DNA of 64,000 nucleotides from an uncultured Erysipelotrichaceae bacterium (GTDB lineage Bacteria; Bacillota_I; Bacilli_A; RF39; UBA660): NCBI GenBank assembly GCA_902767245.1, contig CACXGO010000018.1, positions 27,708 to 91,707 of the forward strand, read 5' to 3'. Shown piece by piece: positions 55,903 to 64,000 of this stretch (position 1 is its first letter; each line of letters starts with the position of its first letter). The notes under the pieces were generated by a model. It saw only the letters and a program-made list of their open reading frames with translations, ran no database searches and was not told where the DNA came from. The position numbers and the translations under genes were made by a program.

Positions 55903-55925
55903 AGTGTCAAATTTGACACTTTTTT
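55902..55925 (+). terminator. Rho-independent terminator after miaB
   Basis: AAGTGTCAA-AT-TTGACACTT followed by TTTT. Confidence 0.8.
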
Positions 55926-55965
55926 CATTTATGTTAAAATAATTCACGAATTAAGGGGGTATTTT

Positions 55966-56895
55966 ATGGAAGAACAAATATTAAGACTTATATATGATTA
56001 TTCAATTAATGGCTTGTCAGTTGCTGATCCTAAATTCATTAATAAATTAGTTGAAATTGTAGTTAATGAAAGAAAGCTTGAAAATTATGTTACTGGTATA
56101 GAATTTAGTTCTTTAACTAAAGATGAAGAAACTGTTGTTTGTGCAGGATATATGCCTTTTCAAAAAAAGATAGTAATTGACTTTAAAGCTATATTTTACA
56201 CTCTAGAATGCCAAAATGGTAAAGTAGCAAGCTTTAATTCCTTATTAGAACAAAACATGTTTATGAATTTAGTAATAACTCAATATATTTTACATGAGTT
56301 AGAACATGCTTTGCAAACCAAAAAAGCAGATGATAAAATCAATAATTTGCTTGAAGTAAAACTAATTAGAATTAGTTTTAAATTAGAACAAGCTATAAAA
56401 AATCCAAAATTTTTGGAATATTTTTCAACAATTGAAGATAAAATTAAATTGCTTATATATTTAGAAAATTATAAAAAATTGTATAGAGAATTTTATAGAT
56501 TTAATCCTACAGAAAGAATGGCGGAAATATATTCATATAAAACTTTAATTGGTTCCCTTGAGCTAATTAAAAAACAAATAATTGCTTTATATAGTTATGA
56601 AAATAGTTTATTATTGAAGAAACTAACTGCTGGATATTCTGAAGCAAGTGAAACTATGTTTGATATGAAATCTAATTTATGGAAAGCAAGCATTTGTCCA
56701 ACTCAAACATACTTATATGGTACCGGCCAAGGTGAAAAATGGACTGGGTTTGATTTTTATGATGATGATACTAAGAAATTAATTGAAAATGTTCAAAGAG
56801 AGTATACATTATCTAAAAGATTAGCTTTAGGACTGCCTATTACCAGCTTAGAACAGAATAGGTTGGAAGGATACTATATAAGTATTAGTAGTTAA
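55966..56895 (+). CDS. Hypothetical protein with an HExxH motif (possible zinc metallopeptidase-like fold)
   Basis: GGGGG RBS. The single motif is QYILHELEHALQ. There is no signal peptide or TM, and no other family signature was recognised. Confidence 0.4.
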   Translation: MEEQILRLIYDYSINGLSVADPKFINKLVEIVVNERKLENYVTGIEFSSLTKDEETVVCAGYMPFQKKIVIDFKAIFYTLECQNGKVASFNSLLEQNMFMNLVITQYILHELEHALQTKKADDKINNLLEVKLIRISFKLEQAIKNPKFLEYFSTIEDKIKLLIYLENYKKLYREFYRFNPTERMAEIYSYKTLIGSLELIKKQIIALYSYENSLLLKKLTAGYSEASETMFDMKSNLWKASICPTQTYLYGTGQGEKWTGFDFYDDDTKKLIENVQREYTLSKRLALGLPITSLEQNRLEGYYISISS

Positions 56896-57068
56896 ATTCT
56901 TGAATTTGACAACTTTTTAAAAATGAGTATGATATATATACGGGATGTAAAGTTACAATATAGTGCAATATGTTCGTAAGCGATTATTACATCTCTTTTT
57001 TTATGTCTTTTTAAAATAAATGTCTACAAAATTAATTTCTCGCATAAATTAAAGTGAGAGGTGAAAAA

Positions 57069-57599
57069 ATGGCATCTTATAAAGAAATAGTAACTAAAGC
57101 TATAATTGGAAAAGGTAAAAAATTCTTTCGTGATAGCTATAGTGTAGATTTGGAAACTACACCAACAACTGTTTTAGGGTGTTGGGTAATAAATCATAAG
57201 TTTAAAGGTTTTAAAACCGGTGAAAAAGTCGGAGTAGATGGTTCATATGATGTAAATATTTGGTATTCATATGATAATGATTCTAAAACTAATGTTGTAA
57301 GTAAAAAAATTGAATATAACGATTTATTTAATGTCAAAGTTAAAGAAGATTCTGAAATTTCAAATGATACTGATATTATTGTAAGAACACTAAAACAACC
57401 AAATTGTGTTAAAGTAAATATTGATGGTAACAAAATACTTTTTGATGTTGAAAAAGAACTTGGAGTTGAACTTGTTGGTGAAACCAAAATGAAGATTGCA
57501 ATTGAAGATGATGAAGATCCATGGGATGAATTAGATGAAGAAATGACAGAAACAGTTGAAAAAGATATTGATAATAGTGTTAATGAAGATTATATTTAA
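57069..57599 (+). CDS. cotE: Outer spore coat morphogenetic protein CotE
   Basis: Collinear with B. subtilis CotE from memory: YKEIVTKAIIGKGKKF, GCWVINHKF, YDVNIWYSYDNDSKTNVV, LKQPNCVKVNI, ELVGETK, and an acidic C-terminal tail. The position after miaB matches Bacillus. Confidence 0.85.
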   Translation: MASYKEIVTKAIIGKGKKFFRDSYSVDLETTPTTVLGCWVINHKFKGFKTGEKVGVDGSYDVNIWYSYDNDSKTNVVSKKIEYNDLFNVKVKEDSEISNDTDIIVRTLKQPNCVKVNIDGNKILFDVEKELGVELVGETKMKIAIEDDEDPWDELDEEMTETVEKDIDNSVNEDYI

Positions 57600-57600
57600 G

Positions 57601-57634
57601 GTGTCAACAAAAATATGTTGACACTTCTTTTTTT
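57601..57634 (+). terminator. Rho-independent terminator after cotE
   Basis: GTGTCAAC-AAAAATAT-GTTGACAC followed by TTCTTTTTTT. Confidence 0.8.
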
Positions 57635-57673
57635 ATATGTTATTATTGTTGATAGAAATGGAGGAAAAAGCAA

Positions 57674-57943
57674 ATGGCAGTTAAATTAAGATTAAAAAGA
57701 GGCGGAGCAAAAAAGCAACCATATTATCGTATCGTAGCCGCAGATTCACGTTCTCCAAGAGATGGACGTTTTATTGAAATTATTGGTACATATAATTCTG
57801 TTGCAAATCCAGCAGAAGTAAAAATTGATGAAGAGTTAACATTAAAATGGTTAAGAAATGGTGCTATTCCAACTGATACAGTTCGTAATTTATTAAGTGA
57901 TGCAGGAATTATGAAAAAATTCCATGAAGAAAGAAATAAATAA
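57674..57943 (+). CDS. rpsP: 30S ribosomal protein S16
   Basis: [35 protein letters not shown] is the canonical S16 N-terminus. Confidence 0.95.
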   Translation: MAVKLRLKRGGAKKQPYYRIVAADSRSPRDGRFIEIIGTYNSVANPAEVKIDEELTLKWLRNGAIPTDTVRNLLSDAGIMKKFHEERNK

Positions 57944-58191
57944 TGACTGATTTAGTAGTATTAACTGAATATTTAGTTAAAAGATTAGTAACAAATCCAG
58001 ATGTTGTTTCTGTTAAAGAAGCATCAAGAGATGAAAATAGCATTACCATTCAAATCTTAGTTGAAGAAAAAGATATGCCAGTTGTAATAGGTAAAGGTGG
58101 CGCAACAATAAATGCCATTAGAACTATTGTACAAGCATCATCTTATATCAATAAACAAGAAAGAGTTTTCATAAATGTAGATTCTTTATAA
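57943..58191 (+). CDS. KH-domain RNA-binding protein (YlqC-like)
   Basis: 82 aa with the GxxG loop VIGKGGATINAIRTIV; position directly after rpsP. Confidence 0.8.
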   Translation: MTDLVVLTEYLVKRLVTNPDVVSVKEASRDENSITIQILVEEKDMPVVIGKGGATINAIRTIVQASSYINKQERVFINVDSL

Positions 58192-58213
58192 GAAGTGTAT
58201 ACTTCTTTTTTTT
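58191..58213 (+). terminator. Rho-independent terminator
   Basis: AGAAGT-GTAT-ACTTCT followed by a 7-nt T-run. Confidence 0.7.
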
Positions 58214-58231
58214 ATTTATGTTATAATATTT

Positions 58232-59185
58232 TTGGTGATTATTGTGAAAAAATGTGTTTTAATCTATAACCCAAATAGTGGAAAAGGTCAAATGCTAAAT
58301 CATTTGGATGAATTTAAAGATATTCTTTATGAAAATGGATACGAAATAACATTTTTAAAAACTGAATATGAAAAACATGCAATTGAACTTATTAAATCAC
58401 TTGCTGATAATGTTGATTTAGTTATTTCAGCTGGAGGAGATGGAACTTTTAATGAGGTCGTAACTGGCAATTTTGAAAGAAAAAAACGTCTTTTGCTTGC
58501 ACATATTCCAATTGGAACAACAAATGATGTTGGGGTAATGTTTGGTTATGGAAAAGATCCGGTTAAAAATTTGAAACTTTTAATGGAAGGCGAAAAACAC
58601 AATATTGATATATGTTTAATTAATAATCATCCATTTGTTTATGTGGCAGGATTTGGTGTATTTTTAGATATTCCATATGCAACACCAAGAGAACTAAAGA
58701 AAAAAATTGGTTATTTAGCATATTTAATATATGGAGCAAAAGAGGTTTTTAAAAAAATTCCAATGTATGATTTAACTTATCGTGTTAATGGTGAGGAATT
58801 TAAAGGTAAATACTCACTTATGCTAATAACAAATGCTAATCGTGTTGCTGGATTTAATAATTTTTATAAAGATGTTAAATTAGATGATAATCAGTTTGAA
58901 GTTTTGATTTGTAACTTACAACACAAAATTCATTTTTTAAGAGCAATCTATATGCTAAAAACTGACCGTGTAACTCAAGCACCAGGAGTTTATTATTATC
59001 GAACTGATAAACTAGAGATTGAATTTGCTCAAAAAATAGAAAACAATTGGTGTATTGATGGTGAAATGTTTGATAAAAAGAGCAGTAAGTATACAATTAC
59101 AATTGATAAAGATTTAAAAATTATGATGCCTAGTAAGAATACCGACAAATTATTTACTAAAAAATGGTATAATTTTATGAAATAG
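58232..59185 (+). CDS. Diacylglycerol/lipid kinase family protein (DagK/YegS-like)
   Basis: LIYNPNSGKG start and the SAGGDGTFNEV catalytic-domain motif. The true start is probably GTG 58244 (GGTGA RBS). Confidence 0.75.
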   Translation: MVIIVKKCVLIYNPNSGKGQMLNHLDEFKDILYENGYEITFLKTEYEKHAIELIKSLADNVDLVISAGGDGTFNEVVTGNFERKKRLLLAHIPIGTTNDVGVMFGYGKDPVKNLKLLMEGEKHNIDICLINNHPFVYVAGFGVFLDIPYATPRELKKKIGYLAYLIYGAKEVFKKIPMYDLTYRVNGEEFKGKYSLMLITNANRVAGFNNFYKDVKLDDNQFEVLICNLQHKIHFLRAIYMLKTDRVTQAPGVYYYRTDKLEIEFAQKIENNWCIDGEMFDKKSSKYTITIDKDLKIMMPSKNTDKLFTKKWYNFMK

Positions 59186-59193
59186 GAGATAAT

Positions 59194-60579
59194 ATGAAAT
59201 TATATAATACCAAAACAAGAAAAGTTGAAAATTTTATTCCGAATGATGATAACAATGTAAAAATGTATACATGTGGACCAACTGTTTATAATTTTGCTCA
59301 CATTGGGAATTTAAGAAGTTATCTTGCTGAAGATATTTTAGAAAAAACATTAAATTTTCTTGGCTATAATGTAAAAAGAGCAATGAACATAACGGATGTC
59401 GGTCATTTGACCAGTGATGGTGATACTGGTGAAGATAAGATGTTAAAAGGAGCTATTCGTGAACATAAAAGTGTTTTAGAAATAGCTAAGTTTTATACAG
59501 AACAGTTTTTTAAAGATTTTGAAACTTTAAACATAAAAAAACCTGAAATTGTTGTTCCTGCGACAACGGAAGTTAATGAATATATTAAAATCATTCAAAA
59601 ACTGATGGATACTGGTTATGCTTATTTTAATGAAGGAAATGTTTATTTTGATACTTCAAAACTTGAAAATTATTATTCTTTAACTAATCATAAAGAAGAT
59701 GAGATGTTAATTGGTGTACGTGATGATGTTGAAGAAGATAAAAACAAAAAAAATAAGACAGATTTCGTTTTATGGTTTACAAAATCAAAGTTTGCAAATC
59801 AAGAATTGAAATGGAATTCACCATGGGGAGAAGGATATCCTGGTTGGCATATAGAATGTTCAGGAATATCAATGAAATATTTGGGTGAGTATTTAGATAT
59901 TCATTGTGGAGGAGTTGATAATATATTTCCTCATCATACTAATGAAATTGCTCAAAGTGAAGCTTATTTAGGTCATAAATGGTGCAATTATTGGTTTCAT
60001 GTTGAACATCTAAATAGTGAAACAGGTAAAATGAGTAAAAGCAAAGGTGAATTTTTGACTTTAGAATTATTAAAATCTAAAGGTTATAATCCTCTTGCTT
60101 ATCGTTTGTTTTGTATGATGAGTCATTATCGTAAACAACTTGTCTTCACATATGCAGCTTTAGATAATGCAACTAATTCTTATAAAAGTTTAAAAAATAA
60201 AATTGCTTTAATAAAAAAAGAAGCTACTGGAAATATAGAAAATTTTGAAGTTTATTTAGAAAGATTCAAGGATGCTTTAGCTGATGATTTGAATACTTCA
60301 TTAGCTATTACAATTTTGTTTGATGTTTTAAAAACAGACGATTTAAATAACAATTCAAAACTATATTTAGTATCAGAATTCGATAAGGTTTTAAGTTTGG
60401 ATTTACTTAAAGATGAAGAAGTTGAAATACCAGAAGAAATAAAAAAATTGGTTGAAGAAAGAAAAAATGCAAAAAAAGAAAAAGATTTTGCAAAAGCTGA
60501 TCAAATTCGAGCATTAATTGAAGAAAAAGGTTACATAGTAAAAGATACAAGAGAAGGAATTCAAATAGAAAAGAAATAG
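59194..60579 (+). CDS. cysS: Cysteine--tRNA ligase
   Basis: Class I motifs HIGN (AHIGNLR) and KMSKS, plus Zn/Cys-binding contexts CGPTVY and HIECS. Confidence 0.93.
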   Translation: MKLYNTKTRKVENFIPNDDNNVKMYTCGPTVYNFAHIGNLRSYLAEDILEKTLNFLGYNVKRAMNITDVGHLTSDGDTGEDKMLKGAIREHKSVLEIAKFYTEQFFKDFETLNIKKPEIVVPATTEVNEYIKIIQKLMDTGYAYFNEGNVYFDTSKLENYYSLTNHKEDEMLIGVRDDVEEDKNKKNKTDFVLWFTKSKFANQELKWNSPWGEGYPGWHIECSGISMKYLGEYLDIHCGGVDNIFPHHTNEIAQSEAYLGHKWCNYWFHVEHLNSETGKMSKSKGEFLTLELLKSKGYNPLAYRLFCMMSHYRKQLVFTYAALDNATNSYKSLKNKIALIKKEATGNIENFEVYLERFKDALADDLNTSLAITILFDVLKTDDLNNNSKLYLVSEFDKVLSLDLLKDEEVEIPEEIKKLVEERKNAKKEKDFAKADQIRALIEEKGYIVKDTREGIQIEKK

Positions 60580-60581
60580 AT

Positions 60582-62792
60582 TTATTCTATTTCTTTTTTT
60601 AATTGATTTATCAGTTTTTCTACTTCATATTCATTTTCATCAAATAATTCAATTCTAAAATTATTAATATTTTGGTAATGTTTAACACTATTAATTAAAT
60701 CAATATTTTTATAGTGTAAAATATGAGTTAAACAATTTTTAGTAATAATTGGATAGAATTTTTCATTATCTTTTAAATAATAGTTATTTTTACATATACT
60801 GCAAGGTTTTTTTCCATTATTTAGGATTTTATTTAAAGGACAATATTTCATAATCATAAGTTCAGCTCTACCATATACAATTAATTCAACATTAAAATTT
60901 TTGAGTGATAAAGAATTAATTTTTTCTTCATCCATTTCAACTGACAAAGTTACTTTTCTAATACCCAAATTATGAAGCAGATTAATTGAGTAATCATTTA
61001 CAATATTTAAATAATAATCAGCTATTACATTGTTATTTTTGGCGTACTTAATTGATCCTGTTTCAGTTATTAATAAATTCTCATTTTCAAAATTTGGATA
61101 ATTAGTAATAACTCTTTCTAATCTTAAATAAATATTGTCTTGTTTATATTTCTTATATAAAGCATAATCTGTAACATAAATATCTACATTATGATTTAAA
61201 CATACTTTTAATTGTTCCTCATTTCTTACTAAAATGCTTATTTCCTTTTTTTCTGAATGATAATTATTAAATATAATTTTTTGATCATTTATTTCTATTT
61301 CTTTTTTCCTTAACTTTTCTTCTTTAAAACAGTTTAATATATCACGTCTAACCTCATTTAAATATTTAAGTGATATAAAAATACTATTATCCATTTTAAC
61401 ATTAATAATTGGTCTATAAATGGTATCATTTGTTTTAGAAAATTGATTTATGATATTTTCTTTAGTGATAGGACTTTTTAAAGCGGCATCGATGATATTA
61501 TATTCTTTTACCAAAGAAATTTTTTGATCACTTATTGTAATTTTTAATGGTTGATTTAAATAGGCCTCAATTTTTATATTAATGTCAATTCTAGGGATCT
61601 CAATATTTTTAAGTTTATCAATTAATTTTTTGTCTATGGTTTTTGAAACAAGTGAATATTTTTTTAAATTAACTTTATTATCTACAAAAATGGTGTCACC
61701 TGCATTGGCATGGTTTATAAGTAATCCTGATTCATTATAAAGCATATTTACTATCATACCTGAATTATTACTAACAAATCTAATTCCATCTTCTTGATTA
61801 AGCTCACATGTAAGTTTAATTTTAATTTTGTCTTTTTTAAGTTCAACAACTTTTCCAATTGGAATACCTATATGATTTGAAGAATTAATATTTGTAATTT
61901 CATTATTTTCTTCTTCCAATAAATATCCTTTCGTAAATTCACGATTGAAAAGGACCTTTAATGATTTTAAATCATTTTCATTTATTTCGATTTTTCCTGT
62001 TTTTTCATAATTATCAATTAAATCGCGATAAAATCTTGTAACAAAGCCAACATATTCTGGACTTTTCATTCTACCTTCAATTTTTAAACTTATAACTTTG
62101 CTATCTAATATTTGTTTAAAATAAGGAGCAGTGTATAAATCTTTCATGCTTAATAAATAATCACCATCAGTTTCCATAATATTTTCGCCATCGCTTAATT
62201 TATATGGAAGACGACATGAACCGACACACTCACCACGATTACCACTTCTTGAACCATTTAAACTTGAAAAAAGGCAACAACCACTATAGCTTACACAAAG
62301 TGCTCCATGAATAAATATTTCTAAATCCATATTATTATCAAATTTGTTAATTTCATCAATTGAAACTTCACGAGCTAAAACGACTCTTTTAACACCTAAA
62401 TTTTTTAAAAATTTTATATTTTCATTATTGTAATTATGAGCTTGAGTCGAGGCATGTATCTCTAAATTAGGGAATTTTTTGTGAACTAAAGAAATCAAAC
62501 CTAAGTCTTGCATTATTAAAGCATCAACATTATTTCTATGTAAAAATTCAATGTATTTTAAGCATTCATCGATTTCATCATTAAAAACTATAGTATTAAC
62601 TGTTACATATATTTTTTTACCATATAAGTGAACAAAGTTAATTGCTTCAATCATTTCATTTTCGTCAAAATTGTTAGCAAATTTTCTGGCTCCAAATTTT
62701 TTACCACCCAAATAAACAGCATCAGCACCATTATAAATAGCTGCTTTTAATGCCTCCATATTACCAGCAGGAGCTAAGATTTCTTTTTTCAT
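60582..62792 (-). CDS. U32-family peptidase-like protein (long form, 736 aa)
   Basis: EILAPAGN start. The U32 signature region is E.FIHGALCVSYSGCCLFSSLNGSRSGNRGECVGSCR. Confidence 0.8.
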   Translation of the reverse strand: MKKEILAPAGNMEALKAAIYNGADAVYLGGKKFGARKFANNFDENEMIEAINFVHLYGKKIYVTVNTIVFNDEIDECLKYIEFLHRNNVDALIMQDLGLISLVHKKFPNLEIHASTQAHNYNNENIKFLKNLGVKRVVLAREVSIDEINKFDNNMDLEIFIHGALCVSYSGCCLFSSLNGSRSGNRGECVGSCRLPYKLSDGENIMETDGDYLLSMKDLYTAPYFKQILDSKVISLKIEGRMKSPEYVGFVTRFYRDLIDNYEKTGKIEINENDLKSLKVLFNREFTKGYLLEEENNEITNINSSNHIGIPIGKVVELKKDKIKIKLTCELNQEDGIRFVSNNSGMIVNMLYNESGLLINHANAGDTIFVDNKVNLKKYSLVSKTIDKKLIDKLKNIEIPRIDINIKIEAYLNQPLKITISDQKISLVKEYNIIDAALKSPITKENIINQFSKTNDTIYRPIINVKMDNSIFISLKYLNEVRRDILNCFKEEKLRKKEIEINDQKIIFNNYHSEKKEISILVRNEEQLKVCLNHNVDIYVTDYALYKKYKQDNIYLRLERVITNYPNFENENLLITETGSIKYAKNNNVIADYYLNIVNDYSINLLHNLGIRKVTLSVEMDEEKINSLSLKNFNVELIVYGRAELMIMKYCPLNKILNNGKKPCSICKNNYYLKDNEKFYPIITKNCLTHILHYKNIDLINSVKHYQNINNFRIELFDENEYEVEKLINQLKKEIE

Positions 62793-62842
62793 TAAATCAC
62801 CATTTGTATTATCTCAAAGAATCCTTAAAAAATAAAGCCAAT

Positions 62843-62870
62843 TTGACAAATTTAAAAAAATAGCTATAAT
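62843..62870 (+). promoter_or_regulatory. Consensus sigma-A promoter upstream of the S55 peptidase gene
   Basis: TTGACA (62843-62848), 16-nt spacer, TATAAT (62865-62870). Confidence 0.6.
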
Positions 62871-62894
62871 AATCGCCTAAACAGAGGGGTTTAT

Positions 62895-63650
62895 ATGAAA
62901 AATAATAGGGTTTTGGTTCTTTTTATCACTTTTTTGAGTGCTATAATGATTGGTTTTTTTACAAAAACATTTAATAATTATTATGCAAACTATTCATTAG
63001 ATTTTGATAAAAAAGTTTATGTTGGTGGAGATAATATTGTATTGGACTATATTGCAGCTTCAGATGATGATGCTATTTCAAAAAGTAGCGAGTATGCAAC
63101 TGTAGGAACAATTTCTTATATTGGCTTAGATGGTAAATATGGGGCTGTTGGTCATAGTCTAACAATTGATAATGTTAAAACTGGGAATATTTTTATTGTT
63201 CCAGTTGTAAGTGTAATAAAAAGTACAAAAATTAGAATTGGCGAAAAAAATGTTAATTATGGATATAATTTATCTGATGGTTCAATCGAAAAGATTGAAG
63301 AAACTGGCGTTTATGGAACTTTTACTGGGCAATTAGGTGAAAAATCTATAGTTGAAGTAGGTATGCCAAAAGAAATCAAAAAAAGTGAAGCAACACTTTA
63401 TACTAATATAGATGGTAACGAAGTTAAAGAATATAAAATTGAAATAAAAAAAGTTTATTATACTCGAAAAAATCATAATATTTTAATAAAAATAGTTGAT
63501 AAAGATTTACTAGATTTAACTGGTGGCGTTATTCAAGGGATGAGTGGATCACCTATTGTTCAAAATGGTAAAATTATTGGTGCTTTATCACATGTTGATA
63601 AAAGTAATCCCGAATATGGTTATGGAATTTTTATAACTTCAATGTTATAG
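62895..63650 (+). CDS. S55 (SpoIVB-type) serine peptidase domain protein without a recognisable PDZ domain
   Basis: N-terminal TM. His context GTISYIGLDGKYGAVGHSL and Ser context GGVIQGMSGSPIVQNGKIIGALSHV match SpoIVB. At 251 aa it is much shorter than canonical SpoIVB. Confidence 0.65.
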   Translation: MKNNRVLVLFITFLSAIMIGFFTKTFNNYYANYSLDFDKKVYVGGDNIVLDYIAASDDDAISKSSEYATVGTISYIGLDGKYGAVGHSLTIDNVKTGNIFIVPVVSVIKSTKIRIGEKNVNYGYNLSDGSIEKIEETGVYGTFTGQLGEKSIVEVGMPKEIKKSEATLYTNIDGNEVKEYKIEIKKVYYTRKNHNILIKIVDKDLLDLTGGVIQGMSGSPIVQNGKIIGALSHVDKSNPEYGYGIFITSML

Positions 63651-63658
63651 GAGGATTT

Positions 63659-64000
63659 ATGTATGCATTATTAAAATTTAATGATGAATTAAAAGTAAAT
63701 ATTGATCATGTAGGCTTAGTACCACTAATCAGCTATTATCCTGAATTATGGCAATTATATTTGGAAAAGTATGAGCTTCGTACAATTTATTTAAGTGAAA
63801 TAATTAAAGGTTTGAAACAAAACAAAAATAATGCTGATATGGTATTAAAAAGAATTAAAAAAATTAATTTAAAAATTGAAACAACGATGGCAAAACTTCA
63901 TTTGCCAGGAGTAATTCCAGTTTTTAAAATAGACGAAACAGAAAAAGATTATATTGTTTTAAATGTAAAAACAAAACAAAAAATATATATTGATAAGCGT
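63659..64000 (+). CDS. Hypothetical protein, N-terminal 114 codons (runs off the window)
   Basis: GGAGG RBS 5 nt before ATG 63659; the frame is open to the window end (MYALLKFNDELKVNIDHVGL...). No motif recognised. Confidence 0.45.
   Translation, partial: MYALLKFNDELKVNIDHVGLVPLISYYPELWQLYLEKYELRTIYLSEIIKGLKQNKNNADMVLKRIKKINLKIETTMAKLHLPGVIPVFKIDETEKDYIVLNVKTKQKIYIDKR

Noticed and set aside
59186-59193. Expected T-box leader upstream of cysS
   Set aside because: cysS starts 8 nt after the lipid-kinase gene, which leaves no room for a leader. No T-box-like specifier or antiterminator sequence was seen upstream of the kinase gene either.
1-64000. CRISPR arrays, rRNA/tRNA genes, transposases or prophage genes
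   Set aside because: No regularly spaced short repeats, no GC-rich structured RNA islands typical of tRNA or rRNA in AT-rich genomes, and no DDE/tyrosine/serine recombinase motifs were seen in any listed ORF.

Overview
A very AT-rich Firmicute-type chromosomal segment that uses the standard code (TGA is a stop in several ATGA stop/start overlaps). Gene order resembles Bacillus/Clostridium. The organism looks like a spore former: it encodes CotE, YlbJ-like, YjcZ-like and SpoIVB-like S55 peptidase proteins. The housekeeping backbone includes addA (3' part), def, ftsW/rodA-family, comEA-comEC, dnaG-sigA-trmK, recD2, murE, nusB-xseA-xseB, sufC/sufD-like/sufS, RNase J, miaB, cotE, rpsP, cysS and a U32 peptidase.

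An accessory block of about 20 kb (13.2-33.7 kb) sits inside this backbone and reads as a cell-surface assembly locus. It contains:
- Type IV pilus/Com-type machinery: a GspF/PilC-like protein with a 275-aa N-terminal extension, a prepilin peptidase, a GspE/PilB-like ATPase, and three prepilins of 186, 571 and 644 aa. No short major pilin and no PilMNO are visible.
- A terminator-bracketed operon encoding a 644-aa modular pilin, a dockerin protein and a membrane-anchored cohesin protein.
- A translationally coupled Wzz / BY-kinase / PHP-phosphatase / sortase / membrane-protein operon with no glycosyltransferases.
- Four tandem, mosaic paralogs of a small two-TM hairpin protein with cysteines in both exposed tails.

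The def-ftsW intergenic region (4.4-5.3 kb) has no entries in the ORF track. It contains a tandemly duplicated module that looks like a type I toxin-antitoxin: a 33-aa hydrophobic peptide, a convergent antisense sRNA with its own promoter and terminator, and long-range 5'/3' mRNA pairing. A YjcZ-like tiny gene lies next to it.

No rRNA, tRNA, CRISPR array, transposase or integrase was recognised. All functional calls rest on motif recognition by eye; no database search was run.
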